Positions 1-16,223 of a stretch of 64,000 nucleotides of DNA are shown piece after piece. The notes under the pieces are model-generated. The model did not search any database. It had not been told where the DNA came from and saw only the letters and a program-made list of their open reading frames with translations. This stretch comes from Eledone cirrhosa (taxonomy: Eukaryota): positions 25,730,001 to 25,794,000 of the forward strand of contig OZ024761.1 in assembly GCA_964016885.1 (NCBI GenBank), in the 5' to 3' direction. How positions within the stretch are numbered: the stretch's first letter is position 1; every line of letters starts with the position of its first letter. A program made the position numbers and the translations under genes.

Positions 1-140
1 TAAAAACAACTAATCTACGTGAGAGCAGCTGAAAGCAATTTTAAGGACCTTTTCCCAATGTTTGTCTGTTAAGTTTGTAAGCGAAACCAGCACGTTTTAA
101 GTGAAATTTTCTAGATAAAAACTGTGAGAAAGCACGTCTG

Positions 141-188
<48 letters not shown>

Positions 189-221
189 CGTGTGTGTGTG
201 TGTGCGTAAATATATTTAAAG

Positions 222-437
222 TCGATCTACTTTCGTCAAATCGAACCGAGGAAACAGTGCTTCCATTAGTCTTTCCAATTACTAATACTATCTATCGGTC
301 GCAACTCCAGGTAGAAGGAGCAACGGGAAATAAAGTGTCTTGCCCAAGGACATAACGGATCACCCGGTTCAAGGAATCGAACTCACAACCTCATGATTGT
401 GAATCCAATTCCATAACCACTCAGCCACACGCCTTCA
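222..437 (-). mobile_element. tRNA-derived SINE with CORE-like central domain (family B), copy 1
   Basis: Minus strand reads gtgaaggcgtgtggctgagtggtta (A box)...gagttcgattcc (B box)...tgtccttgggcaagacactt (CORE-like). Near-identical copy at 35666-35880. Confidence 0.75.
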
Positions 438-744
438 CAGACATATGCAATGCTTCACGAATTTGCGTGTGTCATCGTTGTAAATATATATATATCTATA
501 TTATATATATATTCATGTGTCATTTTCCGCAATTTGTATTACATTGACAATAGTAAAAGCAACTGAGAATATGAACTGGTGGGGTTAGATCAAGTAAGGT
601 CCCTTAATGACAATGTCTCAGAAACTAATAATAGAAGTAGTAATACTAATAATGTGTAATATTACGAAAGCAAACAGTGTTTCTTCATAGATATGGCATG
701 TCCAGCTGATTGATAACAATGTTTGAGATAAAGAAGGAAAAAAA

Positions 745-1135
745 TGTGGATAAGCAGTGGTGGTCAATGAAAAAGGGGATGGCAATACCAAGAATAGTTG
801 GAGTCTTGGTAACAGTGATTAGAGATCTTGAGAAGTGCATTAAACTAATAGGGATAGCAATACGGATGGAACACTCACAAAAAGCAGCATTGCTTGGAAC
901 AGCTGGAATACTCCGAAGGGTACTGGGAAAATAAAGAGTGTTACCTCAGTTCACTGGTAATGAACAGTTAACTCTGCAATACATCTCCAGCATTGGAAGA
1001 TGAGATAAGGGGTGTTACCTCTGTTCACTGGCAGTGAACAGCTAAACCTGCAATACATCTCCAGCATTAGAAGATGATAAACGAGGCGTTACCTCAATTC
1101 ACTGGCAGTGAACAGCTAACACTGTAATGCATCTT
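745..1135 (+). mobile_element. Degenerate 3' fragment of an R4/Dong-like non-LTR retrotransposon (RLE C-terminus) with triplicated 3' UTR
   Basis: Translation ...IPRIVGVLVTV...QKAALLGTAGILRRVL* parallels the peptide at 2002-2283. It is followed by three ~73-bp direct repeats (about 938-1004, 1011-1078, 1086-1135). Confidence 0.65.
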
Positions 1136-1760
1136 TGGGGGAGGGGAAAGTCGACTAAATCGACCTCAGTGCGTGACTGGTACTATATGTTATCGACCCC
1201 GTAAGGATGAAAGGCAAAGTTAACCTCGGCGGGATTCGAACTCAGAATAGCAAGGGCCGTAACTATATGCATCAAAGCATGGCGTCCGACCCTCTACCGA
1301 TACTGCCAATCCTCCGCCAATTCAACGCCAATAATAATAATAATGGTTTCATATATAGGCACAATGCCAGTAATTTGGGGGGAGGGGAAAGTCTAGTAAA
1401 TCGACCCCAGTGCGTGACTGGTACTTTATTTTATCGACCCCATAAGGATGAAAGGCAAAGTTAACCTCGGTGGGATTTGAGCTCAGATCATAAAGAGCCG
1501 TAACTCTTTGCTGCAAAGCATGGCGTCCGACCCTCTACCGATACTGCCAATCCACCGCCAATTCAACGCCAATAATTGTTCCTACTTTAGGCACAAGGCC
1601 AGCAATTACCCAGCGCATTACTGGTACTTTATTTTATCAACCCCGTAAGGATGAAAGGCAAAGTCAACCTCGGCGGGATTTGAACTCAGATTGTAAAGGG
1701 ACGTAACTATGCTGGAAAGCATGGCGTCCGACCCTCTACCGATACTGCCAATCCACCACC
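1135..1760 (-). mobile_element. Three tandem copies of tRNA-derived SINE family A
   Basis: Minus strand: ttggcagtatcggtagag (A box), gagttcaaatccc (B box), central ctttgcctttcatccttacggggtcgataaaataaagtaccag (resembles the Meta/MESC SINE domain, from memory), tail gcctaaagtagaaacaatt(att)n. Confidence 0.85.
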
Positions 1761-1940
1761 ACCAACCCAACGCCAATAATAATAATAATGATAATGAAAA
1801 ATCTAAATATCTATCGTGAATTATATAGATGCTGAGAGAGGTAGAGCAGAAATATAGATTGAGAGAGGCTTCGGGTAGTGGCTTGATGTTCACTTGAACA
1901 AACTTTCCAGTTAAATAACATCAATGACGGAGACTCAAAG

Positions 1941-2001
<61 letters not shown>

Positions 2002-2004
<3 letters not shown>

Positions 2005-2427
2005 GTAAGCCTGCTAATTGATATGTCTGTTCCAATAGACAAGAATGTATCTATAAAAACATTTGAAAAATTGAGCAAGTATAAAGACCAGGAGATAGAA
2101 ATTGGAAAAATGTGGAAATTGAGAACTAAAACAATACCAGTGGTTGTAGGCGCTCTGGGAATGATACCTAAGGGGGCTATTGATTACTTATCGCAAATCC
2201 CAGGTAACCCGTGTATAGGAGAAATACAAAAGATAGTACTAATGGGAACTGCCCATATACTAAGGAAGATTCTGTCAATATAAGTACATCACAAGTCTAA
2301 ACACTAAAGATGCATGTGTGAGTATGTATGTTCTTTCTTGAACATGGCGGACCTTGTTGTCTCTTGAGGTCACTGGTTGTGACTTGGTGATAACTCGTAT
2401 GAACATAAAGCAAGATAAATGCAACTG
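2002..2427 (+). mobile_element. 5'-truncated R4/Dong-like LINE 3' end (restriction-like endonuclease C-terminus plus 3' UTR) inserted in (TAA)n
   Basis: LLIDMSVP...EKLSKYKD...MW...IPVVVGALG...QKIVLMGTAHILRK* is typical of the R4/Dong RLE tail. Flanked by (TAA)n at 1942-2002 and 2428-2442, the known Dong-type target. Confidence 0.75.
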
Positions 2428-2439
2428 TAATAATAATAA

Positions 2440-2612
2440 TAATTGTTTCTAATTTAGGCACAAGGCCAGCAATTACCCAGTGCATTACTGGTACTTTATC
2501 TTATCGACCCCGTAAGGATAAAAAGGCAAAGTTAACCTTCGGCGGGATTTGAACTCAGAATGGCAAGGGCCGCAACTCTATGCGTCAAAGCATGGCGTCC
2601 GATTCACCGCCC
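2440..2612 (-). mobile_element. SINE family A copy
   Basis: Same B box, central domain and tail as 1135-1760. Confidence 0.85.
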
Positions 2613-2908
2613 TTAATTCAACGCCAATAATAAAAAAAATAATGATAATGAAAAATCTAAATATCTATTGTGAATTATATAGATGCTGAGAGAGAGGTAG
2701 AGCAGAAATCTAGATGCTGAGAGAGATAGTCACAGTCTGTAGATGTTGACGAGATAAAGACTTAGACAACAAAGTTTCTACTGGCCAATGAGAGAGAGAG
2801 ATTAGTGGTCGTCACTCAAACACCAGAACTATATCGTTACGGAACAGACAATTTCTGTGTTTAGAGTGGAACCTGGCGTGAAAATTGGTGTATACACATA
2901 CACTCACA

Positions 2909-2977
<69 letters not shown>

Positions 2978-2990
2978 TATATATATATAG

Positions 2991-3033
<43 letters not shown>

Positions 3034-3126
3034 TATATATACACACACACATATATATACACACACACATATATATATATACACATATATATATACACAT
3101 ATATATATATATACACATATATATAT

Positions 3127-3163
<37 letters not shown>

Positions 3164-3294
3164 CATATGCATTATAAATATCTATAATATATATGTGTTT
3201 AAGTCAGTGTATATATATGTATATACAAGCATACTCACTCACATACACACACATATATATACAGGCTGTGTTGATATTTTTCTTTACCGTTTAC

Positions 3295-3339
<45 letters not shown>

Positions 3340-3566
3340 ATACATACATAATTGATGTTTAAATAACAGATGCAGAACAGCAAAAGATGATGAACAAGAA
3401 TATATATAAAAAAACAAAGTAGTGTAAAAGCCATACTGAAGACGAAAACACACACATAAATGCACAAAAATATACACAGGTCACATACACAAACATATAA
3501 TACACGTATATTCACAAACGCAGCAAGTCACGTACTATGGGCCACACAAACACTTACCTACACAAA

Positions 3567-3615
<49 letters not shown>

Positions 3616-3802
3616 GGGTGTATAAATATGTCGTATCTCCAAAGAAATACGGTTTTAGGAAGCCGTAGCTATGCAAATACCGGGGAGCGGGGGCTAACGC
3701 CCTCTGGTGTTGTCCAGCAGATGCAAGGCGGGCAACCGTCTATGCATTTCATGTTTAACTGGCCTTCGCCTGGACGGTCCCTGCCATCGACAGCGAGATA
3801 TA

Positions 3803-3869
<67 letters not shown>

Positions 3870-4050
3870 CATACACACAAACAAACAAAAGATCAGACAT
3901 ACTTTGCACACTGCCCACACAAACTTACATTTCAAATATACACATAAGGACACACAGAAAAACCCATACAGACGGAATCGAAAAGACACACACACACATA
4001 CATACAAGAAACAAACACAGACAGATCGAGATAGAAGACGCCACACTACA

Positions 4051-4378
4051 CCAACAAAAGACAGTGGCGCATCATGGCCACAGCAATGTTCCAGTATGGC
4101 CCCCAAAACAACAAAAGACTGTGCCGCACCATGGCCACAGCAATGCGCCAGTATGGCCCCCAAAACAACAAAAGACAGTGCCGTATCATGGCCACAGCCA
4201 TGCTCCAGTATGGACCCAACAACACCAACAACAAAAGACAGTGCCGCATCATGGCCACAGCAATGCTCCAGTATGGACCCAACAACACCAACAACAAAAG
4301 ACAGTGCCGCATCATGGCCACAGCAATGCTTCAGTATGGACCCAACAACACCAACAACAACAGACAGTGCTCCATCAT
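4051..4378. repeat. 54-60 bp minisatellite, about 5.5 units
   Basis: Unit aacaaaagacagtgccgcatcatggccacagcaatgctccagtatggacccaacaacacc repeated in tandem. Confidence 0.9.
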
Positions 4379-4470
4379 GAACAAACCACCACCAGTGCCT
4401 CCATCATGCTCACCAAACCAATCCACCACCACCACCACCACTGCTCCACCTCATACACATACAGATAGCA

Positions 4471-4510
<40 letters not shown>

Positions 4511-4717
4511 GTTGAAAATCTGTGGTATAAAAAAGTACAGACATCCACACACCTGATTCCGAAAATCCGATAAGATGTTATAGATATTATATTTTGTTCT
4601 TCAGGGAACCGAATTATCTCGAAGACAAATATTGAAAAGATATCATATTTAATCTCATTATTGCTACTGTTGTTATATTCTTTGTTTTCGCTGTTGTTGT
4701 TGTTGTTGTTGCTATAC

Positions 4718-4766
<49 letters not shown>

Positions 4767-4795
4767 TATATATATATACCTATATATATATATAC

Positions 4796-4832
<37 letters not shown>

Positions 4833-6193
4833 GAGAGATATATATGTATATCTATATAGAGTTGCACACACACATCTATTTATATATATATATACATATA
4901 TACATACATACATATATATAAATATATACATATATATATACATATATACATATATATATACATATATACATACATATATACATATATATATACATATATA
5001 TATAAATATATATACATATATACATATATATATACATATATATACATATATATATATACATATATATACATATATATATATAAATATATATACATACATA
5101 TATATAAATATATACATATATATACATATATATACATATATATATACATATATATAGATATATATACATATATATATACATATATATACATATATATATA
5201 TATACATATATATACATATATATATACATATATATATACATATATATACATATATATATACATATATATATACATATATATACATATATATATATACATA
5301 TATATACATATATATATACATATATATACATATATATAAATATATACATATATATATACATATATATATACATATATATATACATATATATATACATATA
5401 TATACATATATATACATATATATACATATATATACATATATATATACATATATATACATATATATATACATATATATATACATATATATATACATATATA
5501 TACATATATATATACATATATATAGATATATATACATATATATATACATATACATACATATATATAAATATATACATATATATATACATATATATACATA
5601 TATACATATATATATACATATATATACATATATATATAAATATATATACATACATATATATAAATATATACATATATATATACATATATATACATATATA
5701 TACATACATATATACATATATATACATATATATATACATATATATATACATATATATACATATATATATACATATATATACATATATATATACATATATA
5801 TAGATATATATACATATATATATACATATATATACATATATATATACATATATATAGATATATATACATATATATATACATATATATACATATATATATA
5901 TATACATATATATACATATATATATACATATATATACATATATATATACATATATATATACATATATATACATATATATACATATATATAAATACATATA
6001 TATATATACATATACATGAATACATATATATATATATACATATACATATACATAAATACATATATATATATACATATACATATATATTTATACATATACA
6101 TATATATATATATATATATACATATATACATATATATATACATATATATACACATATATATACACATATATATATACATATTTATATATACAT

Positions 6194-6242
<49 letters not shown>

Positions 6243-6382
6243 TAGATAGATAGATACCCATATATATATATATATATACATACATATATTTACGTATATA
6301 TATATATATACATACATATATTTACGTATGTATATATATATATACATACATATATTTACGTATATATATATATTATATATAC
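4718..6382. repeat. Long (TA)n array with TACA interruptions
   Basis: Direct reading. Confidence 0.95.
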
Positions 6383-6618
6383 ATTATGAGCTGCAAGGAG
6401 ATGAAACTTACGTGGCTTATATTTATTTATGAGTGTTCTATAATTAGATATATAATCCCCATAGTATCGATGTTTCAATAATTTGGGACCCCTCTGTCGA
6501 TAATACTAATGATCATCCTGAAAATAGAATTGAATATTTTATAAAAAAATATGTTTAACACAATTAATTTATATATATATAAATATATATATAAATATAT
6601 ATATATACATATATATAT

Positions 6619-6809
6619 AACAAAGGAAATGTGGTAAGGAACCAGGTGGACCATAACGCACCAAAGTACTCAATACTTAGCGTAGTAGAGTGGGTAATAG
6701 GAACAAGTAAGACCCCGACGGCTGAGCTCAAGAACTAGCTCAGAATTAGTTCAGAATTAGCCGTCGAAACGGCTTGATCTCAGCCGTCGGGGTCTTACTT
6801 GTTCCTATT
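6619..6809 (-). mobile_element. Foldback 'half-hammerhead' element (family H), copy 1
   Basis: About 80-bp unique arm plus palindrome taggaacaagtaagaccccgacggctgag...ctcagccgtcggggtcttacttgttccta, flanked by (TA)n. Confidence 0.8.
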
Positions 6810-6811
6810 AC

Positions 6812-6852
<41 letters not shown>

Positions 6853-6855
<3 letters not shown>

Positions 6856-7022
6856 AAACTTGGGGAAGGTCATATTTGTGTAATATTGCCTAAAATTAAT
6901 AACAGAACACTCACTGTTTGGTTGGTTTTCGCTTCTCGCTTCTGTGTCTTTTATATAAGTAATCTAACTTACTCGGTCCTCAATGTTGCCATTGACTGAC
7001 CGACGGTCAAAAATAATACAGA
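6853..7022 (+). mobile_element. Unclassified ~170-bp TA-embedded interspersed repeat
   Basis: Homologous to the reverse complement of 55020-55176 (gaaggtcatatt...cactgtttggtt...ttcgcttct...cattgactgaccgacggtcaaaaa). Confidence 0.6.
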
Positions 7023-7183
7023 TACAATATAGACACAAACACATATATATATAGTTTATCATAAATCTTTCGTTGTACATCTGCAACATCGCCAGTGGTG
7101 CTATCGTTTCCTCCTGTTATATTGTATGTGTTCGCCATTTTTATTCAGTCTGTCTATATATTTATTTATTTATGTGCTTGTTT

Positions 7184-10030
<2,847 letters not shown>

Positions 10031-10705
10031 ATTTTTTTATATTTTGACGAGATAGATCAATTTTATGAAAGAGCTTCAAAACCAACGCAATGTACAGATA
10101 ACGCTTTACACAAACTGCTCAATGGAGACGGAAACTGGCTCTTGCGGATGAAAATCATGTTATGGACAACAACATATCACCTATATAGAAGAGACGGGTG
10201 GGAATATATATACATAAAGAGAGAGAGGGAGAGGTGGGAGAGAGAAAGAGAGAGAGAGAAAGAGGTGGGACAGAGAAAGAGAGGGAAAGGTCGCGAGATA
10301 TGGGGAGAGGGGGGGTAGAGAGGGTAGAGAGAAAGGGAGAGAGAGAGATGGGTGTGTGTGTGTGTGTATATATATGATGTTATCCAATGATGTTGACTTG
10401 TTCTTCTTTTTGGTAAATATCATCTTGGTTAAGAGAGTGGGACTGGCTTTGTGCAGTGCCTTTGCTCACTATAAAAGCTTCACGGCACAGGCATTGCTTT
10501 ATATCTGGAGATCTCTCTGCACTTGTCGTCACATGGTACCATGGGCCCGGCACTATGTGTCAGTAATTGTCACAAGTGTAGTGTTTGTACCAGAGTTTTC
10601 AAGTCGCTGGCTGGACTAAAAATTCATACTCGTTCAGCGCATCGGTAGGGGTTCTCCTACATGGATATAAAGTAGTGGCCGTACTCGAAAACGAGTTGGC
10701 AGCCA

Positions 10706-10751
<46 letters not shown>

Positions 10752-10924
10752 TACTGTAACTACTGCGGGAGTTGTAACAGTGTTGTATCGACGCTATACC
10801 TAGAGCACATGTTTTTTTTTTACACCTGATGAGGCCCATCACCTCGCTATGTCTGAGTGCGGTAGATTTCTTCAAATGGTGGACAGAGGGAGAGAAAATG
10901 GAAATGTGAATTAGATATAGAAGA

Positions 10925-11085
10925 AGACTCGACCCCGGTACTTCACTCGTAATTTTTTATCGACCTTATATGGATGAATGGCAAAGTTAACCTCGGTTGA
11001 ATTTGAACTTAGAAATTAGAAAGCTGAAATAAGTAGAGCAACGCACTCTTACGAACATTCTAACTCTGCCAATCCTCTGCCCGAT
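10925..11085 (-). mobile_element. Old, diverged SINE family A copy
   Basis: tatcgacc...ggatgaatggcaaagttaacctcgg...tttgaact...ctgccaatcc. Confidence 0.65.
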
Positions 11086-11974
11086 GGCAGTCAAATATCA
11101 AATGAAAAAATAAAGAACAATTGGTTACGTATATATTAATGCAGTCCTTAACATCGATCGCAGTTTCTATACTTCTCTAAACTTAAATATTTGTGCTCGT
11201 ATAACAATTTAAGATACACACTACTAAGTAAAGCCTGTATAAGTAAAATAGCAGATTTATCACTGGATGAAATGATATATATTATTTAAATAAACCTCAC
11301 ACTTCGTTGTTGCAAGTTCAAATCCCCGATGGAGTTATATTTTCTAGTTAATCTATCGGAGCAGAACTATTAAAATAAACATACTTCATGTATTAGAAGC
11401 CATTAAATGAACTAAATTCTTTCGCTGCGTAGATATATACTTACGCCTATATCAGTTGGCTATAAATTATATAGACGCAGGCGGGCCTTAGAGACAGCGA
11501 TTGTGAAATTTCGGTAGCGTAAATTTCATATAATATATTGCATTGTGATTCTTTTGTTTTAGTTTTGTTTTTATATTTGTTTATACATTTGTTTTTCACT
11601 CATTAGACTTCGCCTACGCTGGAGCACCACAATGATGATATTATACTAAAAAATATCGACCTTCGATTAGTTGTTTCCTTTCAAGTGTAATACGTATTTT
11701 ATCGATCAATTGTCATTTAAAACTGCTAGATTACCTGACATAAAGAGCAAAGATAAACACAAATATGTGTACATAAACACATACACAGAGACATAGAGGC
11801 ACACACAAACATACACAAATGTGTCATACATAGTGTATTGAAATATACGCAGTCGAAGATGGATTTTTTATAGATTCAAATATTTGGTAAAGCTCTTAAG
11901 ATTCTTGTCCTTATGAAATCAGATCAATTACTGATTTGGGCATAACGCTAGAAATATTGAGGGACGTTTTCGTT

Positions 11975-12258
11975 GATAACATGGACCCCAGAGCGTGATT
12001 GGTACTTTATTTTATCGATCTCTTAAGGATAAAAAGCAAAGCTAACCATGGTGGTATTTGAACTCGGAAAATAATTGTTTCTACTTTAGGCACAAGGCCA
12101 GCAATTACCCAGTGCATTACTGGTACTTTATTTTATCGACCCCGTAAGGATGAAAGGCAAAGTCAACCTCGGCGGGATTTGAACTCAGATCGTAAAGGGA
12201 CGTAACTATGCTGGAAAGCATGGCGTCCGACCCTCTACCGATACTGCCAATCCACCAA
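11975..12258 (-). mobile_element. SINE family A: partial plus full copy
   Basis: Family motifs; the full copy spans about 12073-12258. Confidence 0.85.
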
Positions 12259-13026
12259 TGGACCCTAACTATGTGACATAATGCATGTTATCGACGTTTT
12301 ACCGATGCTCCCAATCCACCACCCTGATGGGAACTGATCATTCCACAGACATGCTCACACTTAACGTAATTCTCATAAATATTCAATGTGAAACCCTATT
12401 TGACAAGGTTCCCCCTTTGAATTACAGATATAGTCCATCCTCCTGTCTTCCAGGCATACAAGACGTTTGCGCATAATATCAATATGGCGAATATAAGATA
12501 TCTCACAACGTAAAGAGAAATACACGAATCCGTTGAAAGGTTCAGAGGCTGATCAAGATACTCTCATGGAATGCCGAAATGAGTTATATTTCTGAACATA
12601 GTCCTTGGAATAAAACAAAGCAGTTATTCAAATGAGGAGTTGAAATTAATTCATGCAAGATTTCACAGTTCTAGAACTACTCCTTCTTAGTAAGCTTATG
12701 AACGTATCAGCATATCCACGTAACTTTCACAGAATCAAGATGGCTAAAGTAAATGTTACCAGAAAAGCGAGAAATATGTGTTCGGCCCTGGTGTACATTT
12801 GTTTGTACTCTTATAATATCGATCCTTCCATGTAGACATTTACATTCAGCTCTTGTCTTCGTTGTTCAATATCTCTGTTACTATCGTTTACCGAATTTTC
12901 TCCATCTTTCTCTCAATATCTCCTAAATATTTTCCAATATCATCCCGAGAAAGAAACAATACAGTTATTAAGAAGAAGAGTCGAAATTATGCATGCAAAA
13001 TATCACAGCTCTACTTCTGATAGATA

Positions 13027-13558
13027 TAAAACGACGAACCAATTCAAAAGGTTAATTTATGGGTGAATTTTCTCTATCATATATAACACTTTTATTTTAT
13101 TTTATTGAGATTGCAAGTATGGGTAAAAGCTGCAGTCATTACTACTATTGCATCAATATCTCTATATATAAAAACAAAAATATGTCTGTATGCAGGCGAT
13201 GCATTTCCTTAGTTTCCATCCGATTTCGTTCAAATGTGATACATAGGTTATTTAGCTCCCTGAGTATGTCAACCTGTCGTAAATCTTGCTCTCCATTTAA
13301 ATAGCAGAGTTTTGGAGCTGTTTAACAACGGAGGTGTTGAGAAGAAAGGGTATCTTTATTTACAGTGGCGACATTTATGCCCGGCAAAGACGGTCTCCTT
13401 TGCTAGCAATATGTAAAAATGAATTGAATTGAAATACCAGTCATTATTCTGGTATACCAGAATGATGCTTCCAATCTCAATAAAATAAAATAAGAATGTT
13501 ATGTATGATAGCGAAAAGTCACCCATAAATTAACCTTTTGAATTGGTTCGTCGTTTAT
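13027..13558. mobile_element. MITE-like element with ~94-bp terminal inverted repeats
   Basis: 13027-13120 (aaacgacgaaccaattcaaaaggttaatttatgggtga...) is the imperfect reverse complement of 13465-13558. Confidence 0.7.
13159..13406 (+). mobile_element. Putative non-autonomous Helitron nested in the MITE-like element
   Basis: Starts TCTCTATATATAAAA...atgtctgt and ends with a GC-rich gcccggcaaagacggt segment then CTAG. The canonical A|T target is only half met. Confidence 0.5.
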
Positions 13559-13748
13559 GGTGGATTGGCAGTATCGGTAGAGGGTCGGAGGCTATGCTTT
13601 GACGAATATAGTTACGGCCCTTGCTATTCTGAGTTCGAATCCCGCCGAGATTAACTTTGCCTTTCATCCTTACGGGGTCGATAAAATAAAGTACCAGTAA
13701 TGCACTGGGATAATTGCTGGCCTTGTACCAAAAGTAGAAACAATTATT
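13559..13748 (+). mobile_element. SINE family A full copy
   Basis: ggtggattggcagtatcggtagag...gagttcgaatccc...agtagaaacaattatt. Confidence 0.9.
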
Positions 13749-14273
13749 CTAGGATACTATAGTTAGATTCCATTTCACTGGACACGCTATAGCAGAATTA
13801 TGTAGAATTATTAAATTAGGAAGATTTGCAAAAATCAAAAGTCTAACCAAATATTAGCTCTCCTCAATGTCTAGACGTCAGTCTTTGAAAATGTGGACAA
13901 AAATGTAACAGTCAGATTTGGCAGAAATTCTCTTCATTGTTGGTTTTCTTTAATAATATTTTGTTATGAGTTCTGTTGAAGTTTTCGTTTTACTTTTGTA
14001 TTTTGAATATATTTCTCTTTGTTTTGTAAAGCCACTAAAACAAAGAATGCTGCAGTAGAAATCAACATAAAATGTATACGTACAACTAACTATCTGTCTA
14101 TCTATCTATGTGTGTACGTGTCTGCGTGTATGTGTGTGTGTGTACGTGTCTGCGTGTATGTATGTGTGTGTACGTGTCTGCGTGTATGTATGTGTGTGTG
14201 TTTGCGTGTATATCTATATATATATATATATAGTAATATATATTTTATATATATATATATATATATAGTAATA

Positions 14274-14313
<40 letters not shown>

Positions 14314-14567
14314 TGTATGTATGTATACGTACATACATATATGTATACAGACGTACAGTAGTATGTATATATATACATACATCCACACACACACATATAT
14401 ATGCCCGTATCGGTTATATATGTGTGCATGTATCTATATATATATACATACTACTGTACGTCTGTATACATATATGTATGTACGTATAATTACATACATA
14501 CGTACTTACATTTAAGTAAGTGCCGTACTAAGAGTGAGAAATGAAATTTCGTTTCATTCTTTTCCAG

Positions 14568-14600
<33 letters not shown>

Positions 14601-14601
<1 letters not shown>

Positions 14602-15020
14602 GATATTAATAAATGGAAACTATATTTATAAAACCATATTTATTTCATTATACTTATTTCAGGGATACCACATTAAATTATGGTATACCTTCATCAGACA
14701 AAATACAATATATAACAGTTTTACAAATAGCTTTGACGTACCCTTTTAAAATACAACCATTACTTTTGGAGGCTGTCTGGATAGTGATTTGTTTATATTG
14801 TTTTAATAAGGCATAGTGTTAAGCACAATTAGAAAAAGACGGAGAGAAAGAAAAAGAAAAAAGACGGAGGGAGAGAAAGAAAACCTGGAGAAATATCGGT
14901 TTTATAAATATAGTTTCCATTTATTAATATCGTATATCTACTCCAAAAACTTGTCGAGTGCTTTATATCAGTTATAAAAATATTTACTTGTTGTATCCCA
15001 ACAACTTTAAATAGAACTTT

Positions 15021-15022
<2 letters not shown>
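14601..15022 (-). mobile_element. Hammerhead-bearing TA-embedded element (family P), copy 1
   Basis: Shares aatggaaactatatttataaaacc and gttgtatcccaacaa blocks with 16833-17095 and 25556-25833. Internal inverted repeat 14601-14633 / 14898-14932. Confidence 0.7.
14642..14704 (-). ncRNA. Minimal type I hammerhead ribozyme
   Basis: auuuugu CUGAUGA agguauacca...ugguaucccu GAAA uaagu AUA augaaau. Confidence 0.7.
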
Positions 15023-15067
<45 letters not shown>

Positions 15068-15415
15068 GTACACCTATCTCCCACGTTCTCTCTCCCTCAG
15101 TGTGTGTATAAATATATATATGTATATATATATATGTGTTTGTGTGTGTGGTGATCCATATTTGCTACAATTAGAATTTCGATTATTAACATTGCTAATA
15201 ATAATAATATCGATAACAGGAATAATATATATAATAACATCAATAGTGATATTAATAAATATAATATTAATAAACCTACTAGCACCACTACAACAACAAC
15301 AACAACAACTACTACAACCACCACCATTACTACTACTACAACCACCACCATTACTACTGGTACTACTAGAAATATTTAAAATTATATTATTATTATTATT
15401 TAATATAACTATCAT

Positions 15416-15490
15416 TGGGGTCGATAAAATAAAGTACCAGTAATGCACTGGGTATTTGCTGGCCTTGTGCCTAAAGTAGAAACAATTATT
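15416..15490 (+). mobile_element. SINE family A 3' fragment
   Basis: ggggtcgataaaataaagtaccag...agtagaaacaattatt. Confidence 0.8.
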
Positions 15491-15584
15491 ATTAACCAGA
15501 GAAGTCATAAGTGTAGTAGCAATAATATAAATAATAATAACAACAACAGCAGGAACAGATATAATACAAATAATAATAATAATA

Positions 15585-15825
15585 ATAATTGTTTCTACTT
15601 TAGGCACAAGGTCAGCAATTGCCCAGTACATTACTGAATAATTGTTTCTTCTTTTGGCATAAGGCCAGCAATTACTCAGTTCATTACTGGTACTTTACTT
15701 TATCGACCCCGTAAGGATGAAAGGCAAAGTTAACCTCGGCGGGATTTGAAATCAGAATGGCAAGGGCCGTAACTCTATGCGTCAAAACATGGCCTCCGAC
15801 CCTCTACCGATACTGCCAATCCACG
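15585..15825 (-). mobile_element. SINE family A tail fragment plus full copy
   Basis: Family motifs. Confidence 0.85.
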
Positions 15826-16223
15826 GTAATAATAATAATAAAAATAATAATAATCGTAAAAACAATAATAATAACAATATATACAATAATAATAATAATC
15901 AGGCTTTCTTTATTAATAAGAGTAAATAATGACAAGATGTCATTTGAATCAATACAACCTATCAATTATTATATAAAACACCAGTTTATGTTTTAGTATT
16001 CAGAATATAGTCTGATAGTGTTGTTGTTGTTGTTGTAGACGTTATAGATATTGATGTTGTTGTTGACGTTGTTTTAGGTTTGGTTTTGTTTAAAATTTGT
16101 TTCAATGGTTTAGTGTTTTGTAATAACAACAGCAACAAAATCACTTTTGCTCACACAAAAAAAAACATTTTAATGAATGACAATGGCCAGGGTGAAATTA
16201 TGAATATGTATTCAAGCATATAT

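Noticed and set aside
1207-1464. Recurrent MKGKVNLGG peptide ORFs
   Set aside because: Antisense translation of SINE family A.
4614-6347. Long YI/IY/CV/HT-rich ORFs here and throughout (e.g. 30670-32268, 42127-43172, 46396-48546)
   Set aside because: Translations of stop-free dinucleotide microsatellites.
10825-10870. CTGATGA motif
   Set aside because: No properly placed GAAA or closing stems.
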